A DNA stretch of 64,000 nt from positions 89,836-153,835 of the forward strand of contig CAWCCK010000033.1 of the NCBI GenBank assembly GCA_963794025.1, in the 5' to 3' direction. Below are positions 1 through 9,900 of the stretch, one piece after another. Positions within the stretch are counted from its first letter, which is position 1; every line of letters begins with the position of its first letter. The notes under the pieces were generated by a model that worked only from the letters and a program-made list of their open reading frames with translations, was not told where the DNA came from and did not search any database. The position numbers and the translations under genes were made by a program. The DNA comes from Ignavibacteriota bacterium (lineage in GTDB: Bacteria > Bacteroidota > Ignavibacteria > Palsa-1295).

Positions 1-1
1 T

Positions 2-1735
2 CTGACGACAGCGGTACCCGATCCGAATAAGAACGCGATACCGTTCTCGACGATCAAGACATTCACGATAGAATGGAAGAACCTGAACATCATGAATGCG
101 AGCAATCCGAATTCTATCGCGTCGTTCCAGCTTATCATTCATCAGAACCCATTAGCGAACGATCAATCTGCTCCGGATCAACGGGCTACGATCTTATTCC
201 AATATGGCTCGATCGGACCGCTCGGCAGCGATTCAGGCTCTGTTCAAACCGCCGGTGCGTCCGTTGGCGCTAAGGATTCCGCGGGCTTCACGCATATCAA
301 CGCGCTTTATCAATCGCAGAACGACGAGAATGACGTAGCCAACAACACAAGCGCACGGACAACGAGCTGGCCACCGACGGGTCAGCCGGGCCGCGCCATT
401 GAACTTGTGCCACAGGGCCGTAATTTGCTTTCCACATGGGGCGATGGCGATGTATTGCTCGAGCAGGTTACGAACCCGAATCCGCAGATTCGTAATAATC
501 AGAGTCTTTTTGTAACGGTTGCCGACGCGTTGGCAATTCTACAAGCGGCTGCTAATGCAGTTCCGCTTGACTCGATCGAGGGCGGCCCTGCATTCCATGG
601 GGATTGCAATCATACAAGCGGGCCGGGTGCTTTGGTACTAGCAAGCTTTAACACGGCATCGGTTTCGACGAGCACGAGCATCTTTACCTCGCAGGGCCTG
701 ACGGGCTATTTTGCGGGCCAGCAGGTGACGTTCGTAGCGGGGGGTGGCACTTTGCCGACTCCGTTGCAAGCGGGTACGCCTTATTTTATAACGGCCGGGA
801 ATTTAGGCTCATTTACATTCCAGGTTTCGGGGTCTTATGGCGGTGCTCCTTTGACGATCACTACCCCTGGATCGTCCGGCTCGTTCTTTGTATCTTCTAC
901 GGCGCAGGATCCTAATTATTCCCCGCTCTATGGAACGTATTTCTATTATACGACTCCATACGATGCTGCCTACATTTTGATGTACCTTGCCGGCAAGCTG
1001 GCATATCTTCCATGGCCCAGCAATTTGCCGGTGCCAGGATATAAAACGACGGAGATTAACTCGACGAGCGTTACCGGCATCGTAGCCGACGTTTCGAATA
1101 TCAGCAGGCTGGGCAACACCGTATTGCTTCCGATCACCGTTCGAGGCAATGTAAATGGGCCTCTTTCGATTCAGATGGATCTCAAGGGGCTTGATGCAAG
1201 CGGCCTTCAATTGGTCGGTACGGAAGCACCAGACGGTACTCTTATGTGCTCGAATCCTTCGCTCGGTCGTATTACGCTTGCCACTAGCGGTGAATTTTCG
1301 AATGGTGAAACGGTTGGCTATATTGAACTTCGCGCTCAGGAAAACACGAACCCACAGTTTGATATTGAAAACGTACAAGTTAACGACGCAAATTTAGCGC
1401 CATCGCACATTGCGCTCAGTTTAGCGGATGGAAGTGCAGGCACTTCGAACAGTCTCGAACAAAATTCGCCGAATCCTTTTGTCGTATCGGCTGCAGGCCA
1501 GACGACGATCGGTTTCAACCTGGCTTCGCCAGAGAGTGTTACGCTCCGCATTATTGATGTGCTCGGACACGAAGTCCGCTCGCTTATTAACGGTGAGGGG
1601 CGCACAGCTGGTTACAACAGCATTCAGTGGGATGGGCGCGACGGTAGTGGCAATCTGGTTCCGACCGGAATGTATTTCTACCAACTTACGACCCCCGACT
1701 TCACGCAGTGCGCGAAGATGCAGGTCGTTCATTAA
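2..1735 (+). CDS. Secreted protein with T9SS C-terminal sorting domain, 5'-truncated by the window edge
   Basis: The frame of ORF 92..1735 stays open back to nt 2, and no signal peptide follows the first Met, so the gene starts upstream of the window. The last ~90 aa (NSPNPF...VTLRIIDVLGHEVRSL...GMYFYQLT) fit the Por/T9SS C-terminal domain pattern repeated in this window. Confidence 0.75.
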   Translation: MTTAVPDPNKNAIPFSTIKTFTIEWKNLNIMNASNPNSIASFQLIIHQNPLANDQSAPDQRATILFQYGSIGPLGSDSGSVQTAGASVGAKDSAGFTHINALYQSQNDENDVANNTSARTTSWPPTGQPGRAIELVPQGRNLLSTWGDGDVLLEQVTNPNPQIRNNQSLFVTVADALAILQAAANAVPLDSIEGGPAFHGDCNHTSGPGALVLASFNTASVSTSTSIFTSQGLTGYFAGQQVTFVAGGGTLPTPLQAGTPYFITAGNLGSFTFQVSGSYGGAPLTITTPGSSGSFFVSSTAQDPNYSPLYGTYFYYTTPYDAAYILMYLAGKLAYLPWPSNLPVPGYKTTEINSTSVTGIVADVSNISRLGNTVLLPITVRGNVNGPLSIQMDLKGLDASGLQLVGTEAPDGTLMCSNPSLGRITLATSGEFSNGETVGYIELRAQENTNPQFDIENVQVNDANLAPSHIALSLADGSAGTSNSLEQNSPNPFVVSAAGQTTIGFNLASPESVTLRIIDVLGHEVRSLINGEGRTAGYNSIQWDGRDGSGNLVPTGMYFYQLTTPDFTQCAKMQVVH

Positions 1736-1750
1736 AAAAGTTTCGCTTTA

Positions 1751-1772
1751 GGCTTCTTTCTCGGAAGAAGCC
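1751..1772 (+). terminator. Short hairpin downstream of the first gene (possible terminator)
   Basis: ggcttctt / aagaagcc 8-bp stem with a 6-nt loop, 16 nt after the stop codon. There is no clear T-tract. Confidence 0.35.
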
Positions 1773-1796
1773 CGGAGCATCGTTCTTTGAAAATCT

Positions 1797-2579
1797 ATGG
1801 CTATGATACTACGGCTGCTCGCAAGGGTGGTGGTTATCGCGTCGGTCGCACTTAGCGTCGGCTCGGTCTCCGCTCAAAATGTGATGCACCTTCGTATCGA
1901 CACCGTTACAGCGCAGCCGGGAGCGACGGTCGATGTGCGTGTGCTTTACACATTCATATCTACTCATGCTCACGACATCCACGATTTCACTGCTCGTTTT
2001 CTTTTCGATACTTCGGAAAGTCAACTTGTAGCGTATATTTTGGCGGGCACTGCTTCGGCGGCATTAAAGGATACCACGGGAAGTCATAACGGACTTCTCG
2101 CACTCGGAAATCAGGAGATCGATCTTACGGATTCGGTTCTTTTTAAGATTCGAATGACGATCGATTCGAATGCCGATACCGCGTGGATCCGATGGGATTC
2201 CAATTGGTATCACGGTTACGGATTAGCGGTTTTTACTGCTGGCGATGAGGGAATTGATTCCGTTTCGCTGGAAGACGGCTGGATTCGTACTCCGCAAATG
2301 AACGCCGTCGTCCAAAGTCAGTTGGACACGGCAGACGCACTGCAATTCTATCCTAACCCTGCTACGGAGCAGGTAACGATAAAATCGCCCGGATATGCTT
2401 CTGACGCGGAATTAGAAGTTTTCGATGCGTTGGGACGGCAATGCTTCTTGGGGCCGTTGGTCTCTGGAGCGTGGAAGATCCCTTACGGATTTCCAACCGG
2501 CGCTTACCACCTCGTGTTAAGCGACGATGGAAGGATAGAATCGAAAAGTATCGGAACCTTGATCGTAGCGCCACGATAG
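1797..2579 (+). CDS. Secreted protein (cohesin-like N-region) with T9SS C-terminal sorting domain
   Basis: Signal peptide MAMILRLLARVVVIASVALSVGSVSAQ. C-terminal LQFYPNPATEQVTIK...GAYHLVL sorting-domain pattern. Confidence 0.75.
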   Translation: MAMILRLLARVVVIASVALSVGSVSAQNVMHLRIDTVTAQPGATVDVRVLYTFISTHAHDIHDFTARFLFDTSESQLVAYILAGTASAALKDTTGSHNGLLALGNQEIDLTDSVLFKIRMTIDSNADTAWIRWDSNWYHGYGLAVFTAGDEGIDSVSLEDGWIRTPQMNAVVQSQLDTADALQFYPNPATEQVTIKSPGYASDAELEVFDALGRQCFLGPLVSGAWKIPYGFPTGAYHLVLSDDGRIESKSIGTLIVAPR

Positions 2580-2693
2580 CCATAGAGAAAAAAGAATAAA
2601 AAACACCGTAAGGGTGTAACAAAATGTTTGAAAACGAATTAATTGTCAGGTAAGATGAACCTTAACAATACTAAAACAGAGGAGAAGAAAGCC

Positions 2694-5600
2694 ATGCGTA
2701 AGCTTTACGGCTCAATAGCGGCTATTGTGCTTGCTATTTTGGTGCTCGCCAGCGGAACCACAACGGTTCGTGGGCAAAATTTCATACCGTATCCGACGCT
2801 GTCGTTGCGGAATTATCACGTTCCGCCGGGAGACGGGCTAACGCGTGTTGCTGTTCCGGGCAACGGCGGCGACCGTTACTTCCTTGTGCCCGTTTGGATT
2901 TGGAATCAGGTCGATACGACCTACAATCCGAACAATAGCTGGTACGAGGCAGGTAAGCCCGGCAATCCGGGTCAGCACCTGGAGCCTATCCGCAGCTTCA
3001 ACTTCCAGCTTTGGTATAATAACGAGGCGATGGAGCTTGATACCACGAATGGATCGCCGGTCGTCATGAACGGCCCTTCGATCGTATCTGCAGCTTCGGG
3101 GCAGTGCCCATCAGTCACACCGCAGGCCGATACCGGTCTTGCTTCATCGTTCTATGTAACGTTTAGCGATCAGTCGGCTAACAATCCGAACAACCCGTAT
3201 AGCCATGTTATCCGCCTTGCGGGTGCAAGTTCAGTGCCGCTTAATATGAACGCGTCGCAAGATACGGGCTACCGCGAGCACAATGGTATTTTACTTTGGC
3301 TTCGTTTCCACATGATCGTGACGTTTGCACCCGGTGGAACGATGTTCCTCGATTCTGCTGAGTTCAACGATCACTGGGGCGATACCGGTTATGCTACGGT
3401 GGGAAGCATCGGACCTCCTGAGCAACTTGGTAATTTCGGTGGTGGTACCGGAATCGGTGGCCCGATCAACCGTGGTCAATTGAATATTGATTACACAGCG
3501 CAGCCTGTTTTAGAGCTTCGTCCGGTTCCTAATGTTACTATTAATCCAGGTGGCTTAGGGCAGACATTCCCAGAGCAATATGATTCGCTTGTTAACGATT
3601 TAGTCTATGATCCGACCTCGTTCAACGGTCAGGTCACGCAATCTCTTAATCTTGATGATGCTACGGGTTCTACGGAGCTTGATAACACCACGATCGTCTC
3701 TAATCAGCCGTGGTTAACGGTGAATTGTGGTTCTCCGGGCGGTACTACTTCTATGTTCCTCGGCTGGGATGGTGTAGATGCCAATGCGCTCAATCCTTCC
3801 ACTGCACTTGAAGGACCTCAAGCCGTAACGATCTTCTTTACGGTGCAAAACCCGCAAGCAATGCTGCCTGGTATTTATTATGCCACGGTGACATTCGAGA
3901 ACGATCAGGCTGCGAATTCACCGCTTCCGCTCGTCATCCGTTTTGTTCGTGAACAAGCGCCTGACGAACCGACACAGCCCGGAACCGGTATTACACTTCA
4001 GATCTCGAATAGCTGCATCAATGGAGCAACGAATTTCTTGACGCTCGGCACTGGTCCTGGAGCTACCGATAGCATCGATGAGCTTTATGGCGAGCAGCCA
4101 GTCTCGAATGCAGATACCGCTCTTTCCCATGCCGATGACAGTGCATTCGCTTTCTTCTACCCGCAGGATCCGAATCTCCAGAATGTATTGACGAACGATA
4201 ACGATGCCGGTTATACACGCGATATTCGCAATGATAATACCGACACCTCGCTGATCTATCAGGTCGTATTCAATCCAGGTAATGTAAGCTGCTATCCGGT
4301 GAAGGTATGCGTGGATTCCTCGCAATTCCCGGCCGGTTCGCGCGTAGAGTTTGCATTCACACTGAACGGCTCCGAACAGCCGATCAATCTAAGAACCGCA
4401 ACGATCGATAATGGTTTGGAGTGCGTAACGATCACAGATGCACATATCAATACGTTCTATATCATCTATACCCCTGGGACGATCGCGAATATCGCTACGT
4501 TCATCAAGCCGTATAGCTGGTCGCTCGTATCGTTGCCGGTCATTCCGCCGGATCCAAGCGCGAGCGTAATCTTCAGCAATGCGCTGACGGTTCCATACCA
4601 ATATCAGTCGTCAAGCAGCTGGGAACAGCAGAGCACGCTGGAATTTGGTCGTGGCTACATGGTTCGCTATGGCAGCTACATCGGCAATAACGTTACGGTT
4701 GCTGGAATCAAATCCTACACTGTTTCGAACGTAGCGATCTCCCAGGGTTGGAATTCGATCGGCGGCACAAGCAGTGTTGGCACGTTCGATGGCACCAATG
4801 GATCGCAAATGATCTTTACCCCGGAGCCGGGTATAACAACGCCGCCAACGCCGCTTCCTTACATGTGGCAGTTCACACCACAAGAGGGCTATACGATGAC
4901 GAACTTCCTCATTCCGGGCCGTGGATACTTTATCAAGGTAGATAGTTCCGGTTTCTATAACCTGACAACGCCGGCACCGCCACCGCCACCAGGCGTTGCA
5001 ATGCACGGGCCGACACCGACAGGTTCGACCATTCAGTTGAATGCACCGGTAGCGGCTAAGTCAGATTCGCGTGAGAATTTGCAAGGACAGCTTACGCAGG
5101 CTACCTTCAGCGATGCGGAAGGTAACGGTCAGATCTTGTTCTTCGGCAACGCCACAACGGAGCAGCCGGAAAGCAACTTCGAAATGCCGGGCAAGTTCAC
5201 TTCGTTCGATGCGCGATTCGATATGAATAGCGGTGCGGTTAGCTATAACCACACGGCATATATCGTGAATGTTCACGCTGAAAGCTATCCTGTCACCATG
5301 AAGATCACGAACGCATCCGGCCCGGTCACGGTAAGTGACATGAACGGTAACGTTATCGGTACGGCTGTCAACAATGGCATCATAACGATCTCGAATCCGG
5401 TCACGCAGATCCAAATTGCTGAAAAGCAAGGAGATGTAACGAGCATGGTCGGCTATGCGCTTCAGGCGAACACACCGAATCCGTTTACTGACAATACGAC
5501 GATCAACTACTCGCTTCCACAAGAGTCCGTCGTATCGCTTGTTGTCTATAACCAGCTTGGTCAGGTCGTTCAGACGCTGGTCAATAGCACGGTTGGCGCA

Positions 5601-5711
5601 GGTGAGCAGCAGGCGGTCTTCGATGGATCGCAGTTGCCAGCAGGTGTGTATTATTACACGCTGAAGGCCGGTAATTTTGTTCAGACGCAGTCGATGACGC
5701 TCGAACATTAA
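2694..5711 (+). CDS. Large secreted protein with T9SS C-terminal sorting domain
   Basis: The ORF is open from 2643. The best start is M18 (MRKLYGSIAAIVLAILVLASG signal peptide); ATG 2655 is an alternative. C-terminus NTPNPFTDNTTINYSLPQESVVSLVVYNQLGQ...GVYYYTLKA is a T9SS CTD. Confidence 0.8.
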   Translation: MRKLYGSIAAIVLAILVLASGTTTVRGQNFIPYPTLSLRNYHVPPGDGLTRVAVPGNGGDRYFLVPVWIWNQVDTTYNPNNSWYEAGKPGNPGQHLEPIRSFNFQLWYNNEAMELDTTNGSPVVMNGPSIVSAASGQCPSVTPQADTGLASSFYVTFSDQSANNPNNPYSHVIRLAGASSVPLNMNASQDTGYREHNGILLWLRFHMIVTFAPGGTMFLDSAEFNDHWGDTGYATVGSIGPPEQLGNFGGGTGIGGPINRGQLNIDYTAQPVLELRPVPNVTINPGGLGQTFPEQYDSLVNDLVYDPTSFNGQVTQSLNLDDATGSTELDNTTIVSNQPWLTVNCGSPGGTTSMFLGWDGVDANALNPSTALEGPQAVTIFFTVQNPQAMLPGIYYATVTFENDQAANSPLPLVIRFVREQAPDEPTQPGTGITLQISNSCINGATNFLTLGTGPGATDSIDELYGEQPVSNADTALSHADDSAFAFFYPQDPNLQNVLTNDNDAGYTRDIRNDNTDTSLIYQVVFNPGNVSCYPVKVCVDSSQFPAGSRVEFAFTLNGSEQPINLRTATIDNGLECVTITDAHINTFYIIYTPGTIANIATFIKPYSWSLVSLPVIPPDPSASVIFSNALTVPYQYQSSSSWEQQSTLEFGRGYMVRYGSYIGNNVTVAGIKSYTVSNVAISQGWNSIGGTSSVGTFDGTNGSQMIFTPEPGITTPPTPLPYMWQFTPQEGYTMTNFLIPGRGYFIKVDSSGFYNLTTPAPPPPPGVAMHGPTPTGSTIQLNAPVAAKSDSRENLQGQLTQATFSDAEGNGQILFFGNATTEQPESNFEMPGKFTSFDARFDMNSGAVSYNHTAYIVNVHAESYPVTMKITNASGPVTVSDMNGNVIGTAVNNGIITISNPVTQIQIAEKQGDVTSMVGYALQANTPNPFTDNTTINYSLPQESVVSLVVYNQLGQVVQTLVNSTVGAGEQQAVFDGSQLPAGVYYYTLKAGNFVQTQSMTLEH

Positions 5712-5753
5712 TCGGAAATAGCCTGTAACAATCAGGCGATCCGGGAGTTATTT

Positions 5754-5790
5754 AAAGCGGGAGCTGCTACACAGAAGCGGCTCCCGCTTT
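5754..5790 (+). terminator. Rho-independent-type terminator hairpin
   Basis: aaagcgggagc ... gctcccgcttt 11-bp perfect stem, 43 nt after the stop at 5711, flanked by A/T runs. Confidence 0.6.
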
Positions 5791-5825
5791 AAGCATTGTA
5801 CAAGGGAATTTTTCGAGGGCATTTT

Positions 5826-6686
5826 ATGAAACGAACATTTGTAATCCTTTTTTTACTCGCCACGCTTCCACGATTAAGCAATGGGCAGACGGCTACGCCT
5901 GAGTTCGAGTTGAAACTTCATTATTCCGACGCAGGCGGTGGCGGCAACAGCGATCCAAAGGGCTTTGGATACGATCCCAAAGCAACGGATGGCATCGATT
6001 CACAATTCGGTGAAATGTTCTATCCTGGCGCAATTGGTTCTGGTGGATATTTTATGGCGTTCGAGCTTAATGATTCTGAAGACGACTACTCGGAGATCGA
6101 CATCATGCCTAAGCCGTCAACAGATACTTTCACTCTGCAATACACGTTTGTTCTTACAGCGTTCATGTATCCCGCTGTTCTATCGTGGGATCCGAGCACG
6201 ATTCCTTCGGCCATCAAGAGCATAACGATCACGCCAGCCGGCGCATCGTTTCTGCCGATGGCCGATATGACAAAGCAAAGTTCTGTTACGATCGATGATG
6301 TAGATCCGACCGACACGAATTACTATTTGAATTGGCTGCCCGCTACGATCACGATCTACTATAATCTACAATCGCCATTCGAAGGCGTTGCACCGTCCGC
6401 CAATCCCAGCGATGGATTGCTATTGAATCTCACGACCTACCCAAATCCGATGAGCACAAGCGGCGTGGTTTCGTTTTCTTTATCGGAGCCTGCCAGTATC
6501 TCCGTTTCCGGTTACGACGCGATAGGCCGCGAGGTCCTGCGCTTCACGAAGAACGAACCGGCAGGTGTGAACCAGATCGATCTCTCCGGCCTCGCCGCAA
6601 ACGCGCACGGCGCGATCATGCTGCGCGTCGAAGCCTCGAGCAACGCTCAGTATGAAACGAAGACCGTGATGCTGGTGAAGGAATGA
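5826..6686 (+). CDS. Secreted protein with T9SS C-terminal sorting domain
   Basis: Signal peptide MKRTFVILFLLATLPRLSNGQ (ATG 5826; the ORF is open from 5796). C-terminus TTYPNPMSTSGVVSFSL...ISVSGYDAIGREV is CTD-like. Confidence 0.75.
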   Translation: MKRTFVILFLLATLPRLSNGQTATPEFELKLHYSDAGGGGNSDPKGFGYDPKATDGIDSQFGEMFYPGAIGSGGYFMAFELNDSEDDYSEIDIMPKPSTDTFTLQYTFVLTAFMYPAVLSWDPSTIPSAIKSITITPAGASFLPMADMTKQSSVTIDDVDPTDTNYYLNWLPATITIYYNLQSPFEGVAPSANPSDGLLLNLTTYPNPMSTSGVVSFSLSEPASISVSGYDAIGREVLRFTKNEPAGVNQIDLSGLAANAHGAIMLRVEASSNAQYETKTVMLVKE

Positions 6687-6740
6687 TTCCTAAAAGGAGA
6701 GATCCTTGAGTTGCGACGTCATTGCGGCGAGAAAAAAAAC

Positions 6741-6885
6741 GTCATTGCGAGGAAGAGCATTCTTCGCAAAGCGAAGAATGCTCGACGAAGCAATCCCCGG
6801 CAGGGCGAGCAGAGCGGTAAGTCGCACGAGATTGCTTCGTCGAATCGAACTCCCTGCCGGTCGTTCGATTCTCCTCGCAATGACG
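6741..6885. repeat. Family-1 structured repeat (GTCATTGCGAGG...CCTCGCAATGAC), four-way-junction fold
   Basis: Outer stem gtcattgcgagg/cctcgcaatgac encloses three hairpins: agagcattcttcgc/gcgaagaatgctc; gacgaagcaatc.../gattgcttcgtc; gaatcgaac/gttcgattc. Other copies are at 10420, 19451 and 57767. A partial copy is at 6716-6730. Confidence 0.85.
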
Positions 6886-6906
6886 TGCTTAATAATTTCT
6901 CCATTT

Positions 6907-9900
6907 TTATTCTCCCAAAATAACCTTCCCACTCTGGCTCATCTGCCCAGAAGTTAGTCGGTAAAAATACACTCCGCGCGGGAGCGAAGAAGCATCCAGT
7001 GTTTGTGCTCCCACGCTGAACGTAGAGCGCAGCACGCTTTCGCCGAGCACATTTACGAGTGAGAAATTAACGGCGCCAACTAATGATGTGGGAAGTATAA
7101 TTTCTAAGGAGCGGCAATCTTCAGCGGGAATGATGGTTGCGTTGAGTGATGGAGCGATCATCATCGGCGATCCTTCCTTCACGCCGGAGTTTGCAATAGT
7201 TCCGGTCAGGGTGTCGATCAGCTCGTTACACATATCGCCGACAATTTCCAGCAAGGCCGTTTGCACCGGCGCGTCGTTGATAGAATCGTTGAAATCCACC
7301 GTGACCGTCATGGATTGCCCTGCCTGTAATGTGTCCGGGCATGGGGGAGTGGTCGTAAAACTGAACGCCGCGTTGAACGGGCCGCCGGGATCGAGCACAA
7401 GAAAATCTATCGGCAACGGCAGAGTTCCCACGTTCTGTATGAAGAACACTCTCTGCGTGGTGTTCGCATTCTGTGTTTGGAAATTCACAGGACCGAATTG
7501 CAGTTGCACCGGATTCGTCGTGGCTGCGCTAAGGGTGACATGAACGGTAAGATTCAGCGCCGTGTCACCGATCGTTTCGCCGGTGCCATTGATAGCCCTC
7601 AAATGATCTACGAGCGTCTCGTTGGTGCTATCGGGGACAACGTACTGCACCGAAATGGTCGCCGTCTGTCCCGGAGTAAGTTCCTGCGCTTGTGTTTTCG
7701 GGTTCCAAGTGGCGTTGCTGCCATTAACCGTGCCCAGAAGGTTAAAAAAGTCCGTGGTATCGGATTGCGTTACGAGATTAATATAGCTGTTTGCAGTTCC
7801 CGTCGCCGTGATGGTGAAGTAAGCGGTAGCCGTATCGGTCATTGAGACGCAGTCGAATGTGGTATCGATGCTCTGAAGGAACGTTTCGCTCGGAGCAGCC
7901 CCATTACCGATGAGGCTGTCAAACTCCGGAATTAAACTGCCATTCGAGGATTTAACGCTATCGCTAAACCACTTGCCTTGTGTGCGGTCGGGCGTCGTCA
8001 GCGAATTGCTATCCGGGAAATAAGCGATCCGAAACGCCCCACTCCCCGGGGATTTCGGAATAGTGATCGGTAATTGTCCGGGAACTGCCTGGAAATGAAT
8101 CTGGTCTCGCCACCATTCCGAATCGATCGTTATCGCGACAGTCGAAAGGTTCTCGATTGTGACCGTCCTCACATAGCCGCCAGCGGGTGCGGGAACTGGC
8201 ACATTTATCCAGTCCTGGCTTGTAACGAGGAAGTCACTCGCACCGTCGCCGCCGATAAGTGCAACCGCCTGTGTGAAGCACGCATTGCCAAAGATGATGC
8301 TATCAACCGCGAACGACTGCCCTATCGCCAGGAATTTAATCATGATCAGGCGGTGCTGCCCCGGATCAAGCGGAGAAAGATCGAGCGGCCCGCCAATGCT
8401 ATCGAAGATCGTAAATCCGACATCGCCCTTGAGCAACTTAAGCGTACCGAAATCAAAAGCAACCTGCCCCGTATTAAAGATCGTATCGAATTTGATATTG
8501 GGAACTACGCTGCCCAAAAGCGTTACTCCAAGATTTTGTATCGGCGGTTTTATACTAACGATCGCCGGTTCATACACGCTTGTGATCGTAGTCACATTGC
8601 CGGCAAAATCATAGATTGACACGACGAGTGTGGCCGGTTCATCCGGATTAATTACATTCATGGTGTAACCGCTCGTATCTACTCCGGAACCTTCGATAAA
8701 ATTGTTATCTACGTTATAATTCATATTAGAACTGGAATCGAGTCGGATCATCGAAAGCCCGCTTTGCTGATGCAGACTATCGGGAAGCAATCCGGAATCG
8801 ACCACATGCACGAACGCATTGAAGCACTGTCCCAACGTATCGGCAAGCGGCGGAATGGTATCCGGGGAATTAAACGTCCCGCACGAAGATGGCGTACCCC
8901 ACGCATAGGATTTATTATTGCCGTAACCGTAGATATACGCTCCCACGCCGGAATCGCTATTGGTAATAGTATGCACTCCCGGGGCAATGTGTGGAATGTT
9001 GAATACTTCCCATTGGCCGTCATTGGGTTGCGCGGCATAGCCAAGAATGCCTTTTTCATCGAAGAGTACATTCTTCGCGTCATTAACATTTACGATAATA
9101 TTTGCAAAATCATCATACGTTCCGTCGTTATTGGGTGGAACGGGCGTCTGAAATAAGATCGATTTTGTATATTGTTCTTTTGGGGAAATGGTGCATTCAG
9201 CGGGGTCGCCTAAGCCTTGGACCCCATCGGGATAGGTTGCGCCGTTCAGATACCATGCGCAAAGGAACGGCGCGTTGCTATAGATTTTTTGGCCAAGCTC
9301 CAATTCATCCCAAAAAATTCCAAATCGATTGGGGATGACGCACTCGATATGTGTACCCGTCTGGGCATCTCTACGAACTATAGTTTGGCTATCCATAGTA
9401 GAAATAAATAAATAGCGAGCAAAATCTTTGTTGTTTTCTCCCGGGGGTTGAATGGGATTGGCTGCGTAGTACGTCTCGCCCCAGGTGCGGACGGGCGGCA
9501 TCATTTCACAGACAAAATTGGGTGAAGAGAACCCCGCAGGGATCTCCGGGTCTTGCGAAGCGCCCAGCACGCCCACGGGTTGGTTAGCATGAATGATCGT
9601 TCCCGACATGTCGAAATTGGAATCGTCCGATGCTTGAACGGGCATGAATTGCATACACTGCCCGCGATTAAGTTGGAACGTTTGCGTCGCTCCTTGCGGA
9701 TACACGACGATCTTCGAATTGGTATCTCCGTAAAAATTTCCACCGTAACATTGCCGGCAATCGCAGGATGGAGTGAATTCGAAGATAGTATTATCCTGAC
9801 TTGCTACGATCATGCACTCCGAAGGCAGGTCGTAGGTTCCCTCGCCGCCATCGCTCGCGAACAGCGATCCATACGCCGCCACAACGTAATCCATCCCCCA

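Noticed and set aside
2615-2640. TGTAAC hexamers upstream of the genes at 2694 and 5826 as further copies of the ECF-like promoter
   Set aside because: Only the hexamer matches. The downstream CGT element and the flanking conserved block are absent, and the copy at 5724 lies upstream of a terminator hairpin.
6741-6885. Cloverleaf-like fold of the family-1/2 repeats as tRNA or tmRNA genes
   Set aside because: The elements are about 140-146 nt long and lack the T-loop (GTTCRANNC), D-loop and anticodon-stem geometry. They occur as near-palindromes in both orientations. I found no tRNA or rRNA signatures anywhere in the window.
6690-6957. Short ORFs 6690..6932, 6706..6957, 6711..6923 and 6719..6904, with similar sets at 13283..13465, 19337..19613, 37117..37581 and 57740..57962
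   Set aside because: These ORFs lie entirely within the palindromic repeat families. They are open in several frames on both strands only because of repeat symmetry, and their composition is low-complexity Arg/Ser-rich.
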